A stretch of 63,775 bases of DNA, filler included, from Neolecta irregularis DAH-3 (lineage: Eukaryota): NCBI GenBank assembly GCA_001929475.1. It is 10 parts of 10 records of this genome, joined end to end, with 100 filler letters (N's around TTAATTAATTAA, not from the genome) between each part and the next. Parts side by side here need not be neighbours in the genome. Positions count along the whole stretch, not along the records: positions 35,213 to 48,656 come from LXFE01002511.1; positions 48,757 to 51,161 come from LXFE01002514.1; positions 51,262 to 52,343 come from LXFE01002516.1; positions 52,444 to 54,311 come from LXFE01002517.1; 6 more parts are not named here. One strand, written 5' to 3'. Below, piece by piece: positions 41,437 to 54,311 of the stretch. The notes under the pieces are model-generated. The model did no database searches. It was not told the DNA's origin and worked only from the letters and a program-made list of their open reading frames with translations. Within the stretch, counting starts at the first letter, position 1, and each line of letters begins with the position of its first letter. A program made the position numbers and the translations under genes.

Positions 41437-41684
41437 ATTTTGCCCATACAGAAGCAATGGTTATGGTGGTGGAAAGGGACTAAAGGGGAGTCTAGGTGAA
41501 GTGAGGTCGAAGGTTGGTTGAACCGGATAAACTCGGGCTCGGCATCCAAAAACCCCACTGGACAAATATCAGCATTGGATTAGCAAATTAAGAGCTTCAG
41601 AAAGAATTCCCAAGCCTTTTAATCCCTTTTCCCCCAGTCGGTCGTTGCAATTAAACCATTCGATTATATCTCATCGCCAATATT

Positions 41685-42989
41685 ATGAATACTTCCGCAT
41701 ATCATGACTACCTACCAACTTTGCCCAATTCGCCAGTTTTCTCAGTCATATCGACCAATCAGATCGATTCAATATATAGTACACCGCCTGTGCCAAGGCC
41801 TCCTGCCACTATCATTTCAAAATCAGACTTGAGCACGTCCATACAGAGCTATGAAGCCCTACTTCGTTCGACAAAAGTATTTCGCAACGCACTGGCAACT
41901 TTGTCTGCTGCGGCAAGTGGACTTGCTCACTCTCTTGAAGCGTGCGCGAGGTATTCGAGCTGAAGTATGACTGCCTGAGGATTTATAGATGCAAAGGCTC
42001 CGGAGACAGTGCTGATGGTCTCCTCAAAGCTTCTGGAATACATTTCCTGATCTCAAACCATCATCAAATCCTGAGCGAAACAATATATCGCGACATTGAA
42101 TTACCCCTCATTGATGGATTGGACTATTATCGTGTTGTAATTCAAGAACGCGACGACAAATTCAAAAAGGATATGGAAACAAAGAATCTGACTTTACGTC
42201 TCAAGGAAATGGAATACCTCAAATTCGCTAAGAAGAAGCACCGAAGTAATGCTTTACTGTAAATTCGACTGACTAATTCAGATCTAGCCATTTTTAGACG
42301 AGAGTTGATGGACCTTACTCATCAAGTCGATGATTTAGAACGTCTCAAGAGCGACTATCTCTATGGCGCCCTAAATCTAGCTGAAACCACCTGGTCTCGA
42401 GTACTCGACCGCAATTCCATCCTCGTTCGTGCAGAAGTCGAGATATACGAAGGGATTGCTCGCAAGGGCTGGAGCGGGGGTGGGATGGACGACTTGATGA
42501 CTAGAGGTCATAATCCCTTTGAAGTTCCTGATGTTACGCCTGAGCGGAACAGCGAAGAAATTTTGGGGTAATAGAAGCGGTGATCTGTTTATCTGATTTA
42601 CCAGGATTCTTCCAAGCAATTCAATGCTTTCCGCATGTCCCGACGACCGATATATGAGCTTTGTCCAGGTAATCAATAGACGAGACCGAGAAAGCGAGGA
42701 AGGGAGTATATTTTCAGAAGCGCCAAAGACCAGGTCTACAGAACCAAGTCCCCAAGTCGAAAGGTCGATGAGTGAAGGAGCCGAGGTGAGTGATCTTCAT
42801 GATGACGGGGAAGAGTATTTTGGAGATACTACTGTTGTCCCCGCAGAAGTACCATCCAGTGACCAGATCATCTCTCCGCCTGACATGCCTTCAAACGGTG
42901 GACCAATACAGGATGGTGGGACTGACACCGATACCGAGGCGAAGAAATTTAAGGATCTAAAAGACACTGTAATTGCTTTCCCTAAGTAA
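41685..42989 (+). CDS. IVY1: Ivy1-like I-BAR phospholipid-binding protein
   Basis: YEALLRSTKVFRNALATLSAAASGLAHSLEACARCKG, ASGIHFLISNHHQILS, YEGIARKGWSGGG. Confidence 0.8.
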
Positions 42990-43842
42990 TTACCCGGGGT
43001 GTTGTTCAAGCAAGCTCGGATCTGATAAATAATCTTGGTTGCAATCAGCTTCTGAATTGGTTGCAAAAGAACATTAATCCAGAATGGGTATCTTTTTTTT
43101 GTTTAATAGTAGAGTTAGGAGTCACTAGGAAGGCAGTCATAGAATCGATCTTACGAGAGTACAAAAGAAATCTTCAAGTTTAAGGTTGCCAAACATTCGA
43201 AATTGGAGCAAAAGAAATTATACAGATGAACTTATCACAAGGACAGCACAATTTTTCCATTCTCTTTTTTTCTCGACTCAATTTTTCCTATAGATTTACC
43301 ATTGGATACAGCGTGTGGCATGGTTGACAGAAAATTTAAGAAGAATTAACATTGGAATTTAAAGCCTTTATTGCCTCCAAAATCTTAGAGTCCTTGCGCC
43401 AAGAGCCGCTTTAGAAGAACAATGTTATGGACGAATCATGTCAGACTAGTAAATTATCCCTAAGCCAAGAAACCTGCAAGTTTGCTCTCAGGTGTTTGAG
43501 TGCTTAGATGCCAACTAATTTGTCGCATCCTGGAGTGCTCTGATAGACGAGTACGAGGGTAACACGAACATGATAAGCATTTCTTGAAGGCTGCTTTTAT
43601 TACTGTCCTGAGCAATTAGAGCTGCAATATTAATTTCTGATGTGCGAAAAATCCCAGAGTAAATAGACATAAGTATTCTATTGGTATGAGTGCCCCAATG
43701 CTTCCGACAGTGGGAGAATTCTGCAAAGGATGTATTATGACATGAAAGCAACAATAAAAGACAATTTCTGAGATATGGCTGATCAATGCCAGAGTGTCTT
43801 TGCTTTCGTTTCTCTCTTGAAGACGTGAATGTATCTGTCTGA

Positions 43843-44157
43843 TTACGACCTTGTTGTATCATTTTGATCAAATGATTCAGGCGATACCACCTGCCAAGCC
43901 GGCCGACCGCTTTCTGCGTTTTCTTTGACCGTGTCGAGAAAACCTTGATACTCGCGTTGGCGCATCTCCTTTTTTCGCTCATATTCTTCTCTAACTTCTG
44001 GCGAGAATCTCTTTAAAATCAGGTTTCTCTCTCAAACTAGTGATACCTCGACGATTTGGTCTGGAGATGGCACCGTATAACGCATTAAACCCCACCCGAA
44101 GCTCATAATCACGGACCCCAATATCGCCTGTCGAGTGATGATGTTCCAATTGGGCAT
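43843..44157 (-). CDS. CBP4: Cytochrome b assembly factor Cbp4 (absent from the ORF track; 3' end approximate)
   Basis: Spliced MPNWNIITRQAILGSVIMSFGWGLMRYTVPSPDQIVE/RFSPEVREEYERKKEMRQREYQGFLDTVKENAESGRPAWQV. Confidence 0.78.
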
Positions 44158-44443
44158 GAAAGCAATAAAAAGGCACTGGGAAAGCGCTGAAAATACTCAA
44201 AAGCGACGCCACGGGAGGCGAATCCCCTCCAACTACCACAAATAACCACCTTCGCCATACACCTTAAACCCCTATCTCTTTTCGTGCTTCCGGGCCGCCA
44301 CATAGCCTGGGAAGTGGTTAGGATCTTTGATTTCCTACCAGTCTTTCGTTATCAGATGACCTTTTTAGAGTACTCTACTCTTTTATAGTGTACTTTAAGC
44401 CTTGATCGAATATTCGCGTATTAGACTTCGTTCCTTTTTCAAT

Positions 44444-47400
44444 ATGCAGCAATATCCACCAAGAACGCAATTTAGGCCCGGACAAACTCAAAACCATACC
44501 CGTCCATATATTCAGAGTCCTCCGCGTCACGTCTCGCGGCATAACGGCTCAAACCCTTCTGGTCCTATTCAAGGATCATTACCTCTAAACGAGGGCCATT
44601 ATCCAGCACAAAAATATCCAAATTCCAAAGACCGGCAGAGAAACAATTCTCGAACACCAGTGTCTGCTCCCTCAAAGCACATGATGATTAATCAAGATAA
44701 TGCATTTCCTGCATTTCCAGGTAGGCTATCTGAGACGTCTCTAAGCTCACCCCGCTAGGCTACGAGGATGGAAAGGGGCCTCGGAAAGGTAACCACTCTA
44801 CCTCGCCCGATTTATGCCGTCTAGGTGGGCCACATCGAAACATGAGCAGACATGAAGATTGTGGAAATGAAGGGAGGCATGAAACAGCTGAACGCCCTGA
44901 TAGGATGCAACCAACAGCTGCTGGGCAGCAGCATCTAAAATATCATACTTCAAGGAACCCTGGGGAGGGCCGTCGCGAGCAAGACCGTCAATATTCGGTT
45001 TGTTGATATCAAAATTCCTTTTAATAACAAAAGTGCAGGTACCAATGGACTGCCAATATTACGACCAGACGATGGCATCTGCCCAAGAATTAGACCGGGG
45101 AGTAAGACGCCTTCGAATGACGGATAATGAGGTATTCCAAGACAACTCACATCCCCAGAAGCAAAATCCACGGGCAAATTTTCAAGAACGAGCGTTTCAG
45201 CAAGAGCATCACCGGGATGGTTATGGATATGATGAGTATCAAAGCTATCCGCAGCATCATGAAGGCGAAACTATCAACAATGCTTATTATGGCCAACCAG
45301 ATGAACAGTATCCACAACAACTTCCGCCGCCTATGAGAGAAGAGCATCGGCCTGTCTTGCACACACACGAAGACTTTTCCTCAATAAAATACCCTCCCCC
45401 TATTCCTTCAAAAATAATGGAATACCCTCCTCAGATATCTGGCCCTTCCAGAGCAAATGCAAACTTCAGTCGCCCAAACTATGGTCGAGACGACGTGCCT
45501 CTAGAACATGGTTATGGGAATTACACTCCTTCGCCAGATTTACGTCCATCAGAACCACATTCCCACCCGAACGAGTCTAGACCTCGAACCGCTGGTGGCT
45601 CCATACGTCCATCGCGGCAAGATTGGCCAGATCATCATATTCCAAATCCAGGACAGCATTATCACCCCACGAATGAATATAACAACCAGTTTTATCCGGA
45701 GCATTTGCACCTGTCCTCCGGTAATCACTCGCCTCCGCTGCACAAACAACACCCATATGATGGTCATCCGGACTACACAACTCAATATCGGCACGAAAAC
45801 AGCTATTTTCCTGAGCGATATGATACTCAAAGACCTCCGTATAATGCTCCTCATGTAGGCGGTGCATATTCAGGGGAAGTCCGTCATGATTTGCCCCTGA
45901 AACACCCTTATCATCCTTCTCAAGAGGATTATCAAAATTCGAACTTTCAATCTCCAAGTCCTCCTCAGTTTTCCATGACAGCTCCACCTTCTCACCAAGT
46001 TCCACCTGTTCATCCCCCTCCGATTCGTATTGGTCAATTGCCAAAATCTCAGCCCAAGCCTAGATTAGACCCCCATCAGCAGAGATCTCTGATCAGTCAA
46101 AATGCTTCACCTCATCCTGCCCCACAGAGACATCATTCCGGAACGTCATCGAAATCCAAAGATTCTCTCCTACCTCCTCAGCCTGTTGCAATTCCCCCTC
46201 CAGTTACGAAGCAAGAGCTCGCCGACTTGAACGAAAGAGTTAGAGTTACTAACGACGAAGGGCTTATGTTAACCTATGCCAAAAAATTGGTTGAAGCTGC
46301 TATTGTCTTGGCAGATGATGGAGGTCGAGCCGATGACAAGCAAATTCGTAGGAACCGAGAGAACTATACCACTGAAGCTCAGAGACTTGTCAAAAGACTT
46401 GTTTCACATGTGAATAACTTTTGGGCCTTGTAATACTGACGCTATAGATTGGTAATAAACCGTATCCCAAAGCTATGTTTTTCCTGGCGAATTGCCATGG
46501 AAATGGCCAGATGGGTTTACAGATCGACCACGAGAAAGCGTTTCATTTATACCATTCTGCAGCTAAGCTTCAGCATGCTGCCTCTGCATATCGAATGGCA
46601 GTTTGTTATGAAGTTGGCGCTGGGACCAAGAAAGATCTAGCAAAAGCTATTACCGCATATCGCCAAGCCGCATCTCTGGGCGATACTGCATCATTGTACA
46701 AATTGGGGATGATTTCACTTAATGGTCTTCTTAACCAAGAAAGAGATTTTTCAACGGCAGTATCATGGCTTACGAAGGCCGCTAGTCAAGCTGACATCAA
46801 TAATCCACATGCGCTACATGAGATGGGACTGCTCTTCGAGAGACCTGATGCAAGCAAATTTGGCCTTCAACATAATGAAAAGAAAGCTTTTAAACATTTT
46901 ATGGAGGCTGCGAAGCTATACTATGCCCCTGCTATGTTCAAATTAGGATGTTGTTTCGAGTATGGCAGTCTGGGCTGTCCGATGGACGCAAAACGGAGTG
47001 TTGCATGGTATACACGAGCGGGTACATTTCATTTGCATTTCATTTGCTGATTTTCCAGCCGAGAAAGGCGACTCGGAAAGCGAGCTAGCTCTGAGCGGAT
47101 GGTATCTTACAGGTGCAGATTGCTTAAAACAAAGCGATACAGAAGCATATTTATGGGCAAGAAAAGCTGCTGAGCAAGGTTTTCAATGTATTCAAAAGAT
47201 TTATGCTAATAGTCAGGCCTCCCTAAAGCTGAATTTGCAGTTGGATACTACACCGAGGTTGGTATTGGTTGTCAGTCAGATCTCGAGCAGGCGAAGAAGT
47301 GGTATGTAAGAGCAGCAAGTGAGCATGCCACTTTTCGTGCCCTCTGTTGAAAGTTAGGTCAACAGCAGAAGGATGCAAAAGACCGTCTCGCAGAGCTAAA

Positions 47401-47485
47401 AAGGTCCGGTAATACATATAAGCGACCAGCTCAGGTGACTCGAGCACAAGTTCGGCGTGATACGGACTCATGTTTGGTGATGTAA
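44444..47485 (+). CDS. Chitin synthase regulatory factor (Chs4/Skt5, Sel1 repeats) with long P/Q/H-rich N-terminus
   Basis: AMFFLANCHGNG, AYRMAVCYEVGAG, ELALSGWYLTGA, EAYLWARKAA, C-terminal CaaX CLVM*. Confidence 0.9.
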
Positions 47486-47671
47486 GAGGACATTTAGTGT
47501 AATTTCAGGCGTTTGAGGATTTGGTATTCTTTTTTCTTGAAGTATGGCCCACGGCCGCTCTTTTGTCAGTCTCTAAGCTGTTAATTTTTTCTGGTCTTGC
47601 CGATTCTATTCGTATTTATATGAACCTTGAATACCAAGCGAAAACAAAATATATAATTAATGCACAATCTA

Positions 47672-48055
47672 TCAGCCTGAGGAACTTGCAATCGCCTCTG
47701 ATTGTTGTTGATTGATGAGTTTCTCGACTTGTTTTTCGCACTCCTTTTCTATGAGATTATCAAGAATGACTTGGGATTCTTTTCCAAACTCTGAGCATAT
47801 TAGAACTCTAGAAATTCGTCACTTGACGCACCGAACCGAGCGATTGCGCGAGCTGGCGTTCCAGAAGCTTCGCGGATCAGGATGTGAATGTCGGGATTAT
47901 GTTTCTTCATCAATAGAAATGACTTCTTCAGGAATTGCCTTTGATCAGCAAAAGATGACATGGCACTACCTCGCTCCAGAGCTCTTATTGCCTCTTTGAC
48001 ATATGTGAAAACGTAGCTCCCTAACAATTTGTGGGAAGACGTATTTAGATACCAT
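47672..48055 (-). CDS. Complex I subunit NDUFA2/B8-like (L51/S25/CI-B8 family), 3 exons
   Basis: VRELRFHICQRGNKSSGAR/QFLKKSFLLMKKHNPDIHILIREASGTPARAIARF/EFGKE. Confidence 0.88.
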
Positions 48056-48211
48056 GATGAATTTTAGTCGATAGGTTATGCAAGCAGAGTCAAAAATTGA
48101 AACACCCGCGCGCCATACCCTCATAAATGTGGAGTACTATTTTCAACATCAGGTTGGAGAGCGACCATGAGGAGTATATCTGTACAATCTAAGACTACTT
48201 TTCACAACTAT

Positions 48212-48656
48212 TTATGCATCAATAATTTCAACCATCTTCACTAGTTGGTCGTTCTTCGCATTCACTATAATATCAGCAAGTTCTCTGAAGAGATAGGCTT
48301 ACTTCCACTTTCCACTTGAAATCCTGCACCAATCTCGCAGTCCTTTAGATTTGACTTTGAGCCGATTTTCGCTCCTCGACATATAATGCATCCTTCAAGC
48401 CGCACCCTTTGGTTAGTCCGCGACATTGGGCGGCAAGCATACCCGTCTTCAATTATAGAATGGTCCATTATAACCGAATCTGTGATCTTGACATTTTTTC
48501 CAATCACGCAAAACCGGCCAATGATACTTCTTTTTACACTGGTGCGTTCATCGACCTTGCTATTTCCCGCAATAAGCGAGTCAATACCAACAGCTGCTTT
48601 GCTGGAGACTTCAGCAGATGGTGATATCCTGGGTTCAGGAGCAGCCTTGGATACCT
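48212..48656 (-). CDS. Translation initiation factor eIF2B gamma, C-terminal beta-helix, 5' truncated by contig end
   Basis: VGIDSLIAGNSKVDERTSVKRSIIGRFCVIGKNVKITDSVIMD...LEGCII...LKDCEIG. Confidence 0.8.
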
Positions 48657-48890
48657 NNNNNNNNNNNNNNNNNNNNNNNNNNNNNNNNNNNNNNNNNNNN
48701 TTAATTAATTAANNNNNNNNNNNNNNNNNNNNNNNNNNNNNNNNNNNNNNNNNNNNCATGCTTGCTAAACGCAGCAAACTCTTGATACAAACTTTAATTT
48801 TTACCAGGTATCAACCGGTCTGTATTTAGACGGAATACAGAGATTGAAAAAGACGGAGGTTAATGGAGAAACCCCAGATTGAAGAAATCA

Positions 48891-51161
48891 TCATAAAACA
48901 CTGTTAACAGCAACACCCTGGACAACATTTTCGCATGGCCAAACAACAGAAACAACATCCCACATACTCTTGACGAACTGGACCTGTAAATCGGCAATGA
49001 CTTGTTCAGGAACATCACCAAAATACTCTGCACGGTTTCGTTCTGGGAGAATCAAGAGTCGACAGCCGGCACGATGTGCCCCGAGGACTTTTTCCTTGAT
49101 TCCACCTACGGGAAGGACTTGTCCTCGCAATGTGATTTCGCCAGTCATGGCGATGGTAGAATCTACGCTTTTCCCCGAGAACAATGAGATGAAAGCAAGA
49201 GTCATTGCGATACCCGCGCTCGGCCCATCTTTTGCAATAGCACCATCGGGACAATGTAAATGGACATCACGATCTTTCAAGAGATTGTCAGAAGACAAAG
49301 CCGTCAAATGAAGTTGAAAAGCGTGGGATTTAACCCAAGAAAGCGCACAAAGAGCCGATTCTTCAATGACTTTTCCGAGATTTCCGGTCATTCGGAGGAC
49401 TCCGGAACCAGGCATGGAAGTGGATTCAATGAAGAGAATTCCTCCTGTACCGGGAGCCATGTAAGCAAGACCAGTAACGACTCCAGGCCGATTACTCCGT
49501 TCTGTGATTTCAAGGGTATATTTCTCGATTCCGAGGATTTTTGGGATATCGTCGACGGTGATAGTTGTTGATGAGGCATTTGGATTTTCAGTTGATTCGA
49601 CTGCTATATATCGACATATTGCCGCAATTTGTCGTTCAAGACTACGAANNNNNNNNNNTTGTTGATGAGGCATTTAGATTTTCAGTTGATTCGACTGCTA
49701 TATATCGACATATTGCCGCAATTTGTCGTTCAAGACTACGAACACCGGCTTCGCGAGTGTACTCTGTGGCGATTTTCATCAGCGCATCATCCTCGATGGA
49801 TAACCTTTCTAGTCCATTTTCTTTTACCTGTTTAGAGACAAGGTGTTGTTTAGCGATATGGAGTTTTTCGTGGTATGTGTAGCCGGATAGGTGAATTACT
49901 TCCATTCGATCTAATAAAGGTGCTGAAATAGTATCGAGCGAATTAGCGGTGGCGATGAAGAGGACGCGCGATAAATCCACAGGAACGTTGATGTAATGAT
50001 CTGTAAAGGAAAAGTTTTGTTCAGGGTCAAGGACTTCGAGCATTGCAGCGGAAGGATCTCCGTGGAAATTGTGAACAGAGAGTTTGTCAACCTGTAAAGT
50101 CAGACTCAAAGAGAGATGATTGTGCCTCGTCCAGAAGCAAAACAGGGTTGCAAACTTGTATTTTTCGTAAACCTTGGACGATGACTCCTGGCATGGCGCC
50201 AACGTATGTTCGTCGATGGCCTCTTATTTCTGCCTCGTCGCGGACGCCACCAAGGCTGATTCTTAAAAACTTGCGGCCAATGCTTTTTGCAATACTCTTG
50301 GCAAGACTGGTTTTCCCGGTGCCTGGGGGGCCGACGAGGAGTAAGATGGGAGCTTTGTCGACGGAATTTGAGTTTGTGGCTTTTTTGAGTCGTAGAACAG
50401 CGAGATATTCAAGTAGGCGTTTCTTGACCTTTTCTAAACCGTAGTGATCTGCGTCGAGTTGTTCGCGGGCGCGGGAGACTGTAGAAAGGTCGAGATTGTC
50501 GGATGTGGTGGTGTTCCAGGGAATCTCTGAGAGCGTTTCGAGGTAAGTTATGCAAACATTGTACTCGGGTTGTGTAGGATGCATTCTTCTGAGACGGGCC
50601 AATTCGCGGTGTGCGACCTTTGAGGCTAGATGTTAGTGCTAAAGGGTGAGGGAACCCTGCCTTGCTCAGACAAGTTTGCGGATTGCAGTTTCTTTTCCAG
50701 GAGGTCGAGGTCATCGCCGTCTTTGCCGTCTTTCTCGCCCAGTTCTGCGCGAATGGCATTGAGCTGTTGCCGGAGATAGTATTCTTTCTGCGATTTTGAG
50801 AGGTTTGCATCGACGGTGCTGGTGATCTTTTTGGAGAGGTTCAAGACGGTGACCTGGTGGCTGAGGATCTGGACCGCTTTGTCGAGGCGAGACTGGAGGG
50901 GTGTTTCGCGGAGGATCTCGAGTTTCTTTGCAAAGGGGGCGTCGAGGGAGCTGACGATGATGTCGCACAGACGGCCAGCATCGGGGGCGCCGGTGCGGGC
51001 TATGATCTGCTGGAGGCGGCTGGCGAGGGCGGCCGGGAGTTTGGGCGACCTTGGGGCAGCGAGCAGCTCGAGCGAGAGCTGCTTGAGCGAGGCGAGGAGG
51101 GCGAGCGCCGCGGGGTTGTGCGGATCGACGGCCTCTGCGGGGATCAGCGCGAGCGGGCGGG
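48891..51161 (-). CDS. Lon protease, peroxisomal (LONP2)-type, 5' truncated
   Basis: [58 protein letters not shown]. Confidence 0.9.
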
Positions 51162-51261
51162 NNNNNNNNNNNNNNNNNNNNNNNNNNNNNNNNNNNNNNN
51201 NNNNNTTAATTAATTAANNNNNNNNNNNNNNNNNNNNNNNNNNNNNNNNNNNNNNNNNNNN

Positions 51262-51699
51262 ATCGAGTGAATTTTCTTTCCAGATTTCGAATGAGCGAGC
51301 GAGAATTTCTTTCCAGTTTTCTTTCCAGTTTATTGTAAGCTGAGGAGAAGAATTTGTGCTCGAGTTTCGGGTTGGGATACCAAGGGATTCGATGACCTTT
51401 TGGGACATGTACCAGCTGACGCTGAGAAGGCCGTGGAGAATGATATAGTGTGCGAGGGGGCGCAGTTTTTTGGGGGATCGATCATGGGTGAGGTACATTT
51501 TCAGAGTTTGGAGAAACTGCAGAGATGAAGAATTTTGGCAGGATGATCTGTGCCAGTCACCACCGGTTGGGCTGTTCCAGAGAGTGTCTGAGCAGGGAAG
51601 ATGTAATCGGATCTCGCATGCGATCATGACTAACTTGTGGCCAAAGGAGAGGGCATGCTGGACATCGAGCAGGAATGCAAAGTAGGCGGTACGTTTCAA
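51262..51699 (-). pseudogene. Fragment of a fungal transcription-factor middle domain, apparently 5' truncated
   Basis: LKRTAYFAFLLDVQHALSFGH...IRLHLPCSDTLW...IILHGLLSVSW; no recognisable coding context upstream. Confidence 0.6.
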
Positions 51700-52064
51700 G
51701 CTTCGAGCACGGTGTCTGCGGTTAGCAGAGGGGAGAGCAGGGCCGTGCCTGTGGTTCCAACACTGGAGGCAGCGGATTGGCGTTGATTTACGACGTGGGG
51801 GGTGTCGGCATATACCCTCGGGTAGTGCTTTGGCGGGGAACGGGAGCGCGGGGTGGGAGAGAAGCGCGAGAGGCGCGAGAGATGGGTGAGGCAGGCAGGC
51901 AAGGGATATTCACAACCTCGCATTGAAACAAATATAGCCAAATGGAAGATTTTCAGTTTTTGTTTCAGTTTGAAGAATGTTGATATACCCATTATTGAGA
52001 TCCCGCCAGAGAGCACAACGATTTTGAAACAAGGTGGGGTCATCAGTTGTTATGCCGCACGCAG

Positions 52065-52343
52065 AGCGGGCGAGGAGGGTGGGCTGTAAAGGGCGGGACA
52101 GTAACGGGCAAGGAGGGCGGGCGGTAATGGGCGAGAGGGCGGGCGATAAAGGACGAGGAGGGAGAGCAGTGATGGGCGAGGTGGGCGGGGCGATAGCAGG
52201 TAAGGAGGGCAGGTGATAACAGGCGAGAAGAGCAGGCGATAACAGGCGAGAGGGCGGGGCGGTGAAGAGCGAGAAGAGGGAGCAGTAACGGGCGAGGAGG
52301 GCAGGCGATAATGGGCGAGGAGGGCGGGGCAGTAATGGGCAGG
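52065..52343 (+). repeat. G/A-rich minisatellite, ~21-23-bp unit (GGGCGAGGAGGGCRGGCRRTAAY), about 12 copies
   Basis: Read directly; runs into the contig end. Confidence 0.8.
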
Positions 52344-52443
52344 NNNNNNNNNNNNNNNNNNNNNNNNNNNNNNNNNNNNNNNNNNNNTTAATTAATTAAN
52401 NNNNNNNNNNNNNNNNNNNNNNNNNNNNNNNNNNNNNNNNNNN

Positions 52444-54311
52444 GCCTAAACTTCTCTAAAGCCTTTCTAATTGCGAACAATTCTTTATCATGAGTTGTCC
52501 AGTTAAGTTGATGTATGTTGAGTTTCTTCTACATGTACATGACTGGGTGTTCTAATTTGTCATCCCCCACTTGTGACAGTACTTCCCCAATTCCTATTGA
52601 TAAGGTATCGCAGGTTAGTTCCGAGGGTTTCCTCAGGTCATGTCTTGCAAGTAGTGGCAGAGAGATTAGTGCCTGTTTTAATTTCTGGAAGGCTGCCTTT
52701 TGTGGTTCCTCCCATTTCCATGCTTGCTCTTTTCGAGTTAGCTCTGAGAGGGGTGCTGACATTGTCGCAAAGTTAGGAATAAAACATTAATAAAAACCGA
52801 CCATGCCCAGGAAAGCCTGGGTCTCTTTAATATTTGTCGGCTCTTTCTATTCCATAACTGAGGTGATCTTTGCATCCTGATGCTCAATTCCCTTTTGAGA
52901 GATTTTGAACCCCACCTATTCGATAACCTTTTTCTTGAATTCACATTTCTTTATCTTCGTGAATAACTTCTTTTCACATAGCCTTTGTAAAATTAGTTCG
53001 ATATCCTTGACATGCTGAGATTGTGACTCTGAGAAAATCAGTAATTCATCCATAAAAACATTACATCACCAGTCTAACCCCACTAATGCCCTGTTCATCA
53101 TCTGCATAAATGTAGCCAGTGCCTTGGCCAACCCAAATGGTAAAACTTTAAATTCAAAGTGTCCCATTTTTGTTTTGAAAGCAGAGAAAGGGATCGTGTC
53201 TGGGTGTAATCTCTGTTGAAAGTATCTGGATGCCAAATCCAGTTTCGAGAACCATCCTGCATTTCCAATCTGGTCTAGCAGTTCATTAATCCTAGGGAGT
53301 GCTGTATTGTTCTTTAGTGTATTGCTGTTTATGTCTTGATAATAGATACATATCCACAACTCGCCTGATTTTTTCTTCACAAACAAACAGACTGCCCCAT
53401 ACGGTGACATACTGTGTTGAATAAATCCTCACTTCAGCAAACCTTCAATTTCCTCCCTCATTGCCACTTCTTCTGCGATCGATAGTTGAGGGATAGGTCT
53501 GTTCCAAGGTAGTCTAGCCAGGTCTAGTAATGCAATATGATGGTCTTCTTCCCTCTTTGGGGGGAAGGGGAATTTTTCATTGAACACATCTTCATACTCT
53601 GTCAACAGGTCCCTCATTCCACTCGATAGTTGGTTTTTATCTTCCAGTGGTTGAATTTCTTTGGCCACTGCCAGCAAAGGTTCATCCAAGTCGACTATTT
53701 CAGCCAGATTAAAGGTCATAACCTGATTATGCACGGAATGGGTAACCAGATCATCCCCTGCAACCTTGCACATATTCCNNNNNNNNNNCGGCCACTGCCA
53801 GCAAAGGTTCATCCAAGTCGACTATTTCAGCCAGATTACAGGTCATAACCTGATTATGCACGGAATGGGTAACCAGATCATCCCCTGCAACCTTGCACAT
53901 ATTCCTGTGATAATCGATTACCTGTTGAAACCTTTCATGTCATTTCTTTCCCAGGAGCATGTCATATGCTCCCAGGTCTGCAACTTCGAATGAATCCATA
54001 AATGAGAGTTAGCCATGATTTGATGGAATAGAGGCCATGGCAAAGACTAGTGCCTGGGGTTGTGGTTTGACTTGGTTGTCGGCTTTATCAGCCATGACAA
54101 CCTTCACCGACTTCACAGTAAGCTTAGCTTCTAATCCATGTTCATCAACGAATTTTCTTGCAATGAAATTGTGAGTTGTGCCATCATCTTTTAATGCAAT
54201 GGCCTCCACCTATTGCCTCTTTTGACCAATTGTACAGGGGAATTTGATCAGGCCTTTGCCCGATAATGCGACGTTCACAATTTCAAGCATTGGAGAAGTT
54301 TTTGCTGAAGT
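52444..54311 (-). mobile_element. Degenerate Ty3/Gypsy pol (protease, RT, RNase H)
   Basis: Protease-like LKDDGTTHNF, SPYGAVCLFVKKK, WFSKLDL, LPFGL, FMDELLIFS, LTCD..IGIGEVLSQ; stops and frameshifts. Confidence 0.92.

Noticed and set aside
43515-43982. 155-aa minus-strand ORF
   Set aside because: Overlaps the CBP4 model in another frame and has no recognisable motif
52065-52343. Periodic repeats as a CRISPR array
   Set aside because: Degenerate head-to-tail units with no unique spacers, in a eukaryotic context with no cas genes
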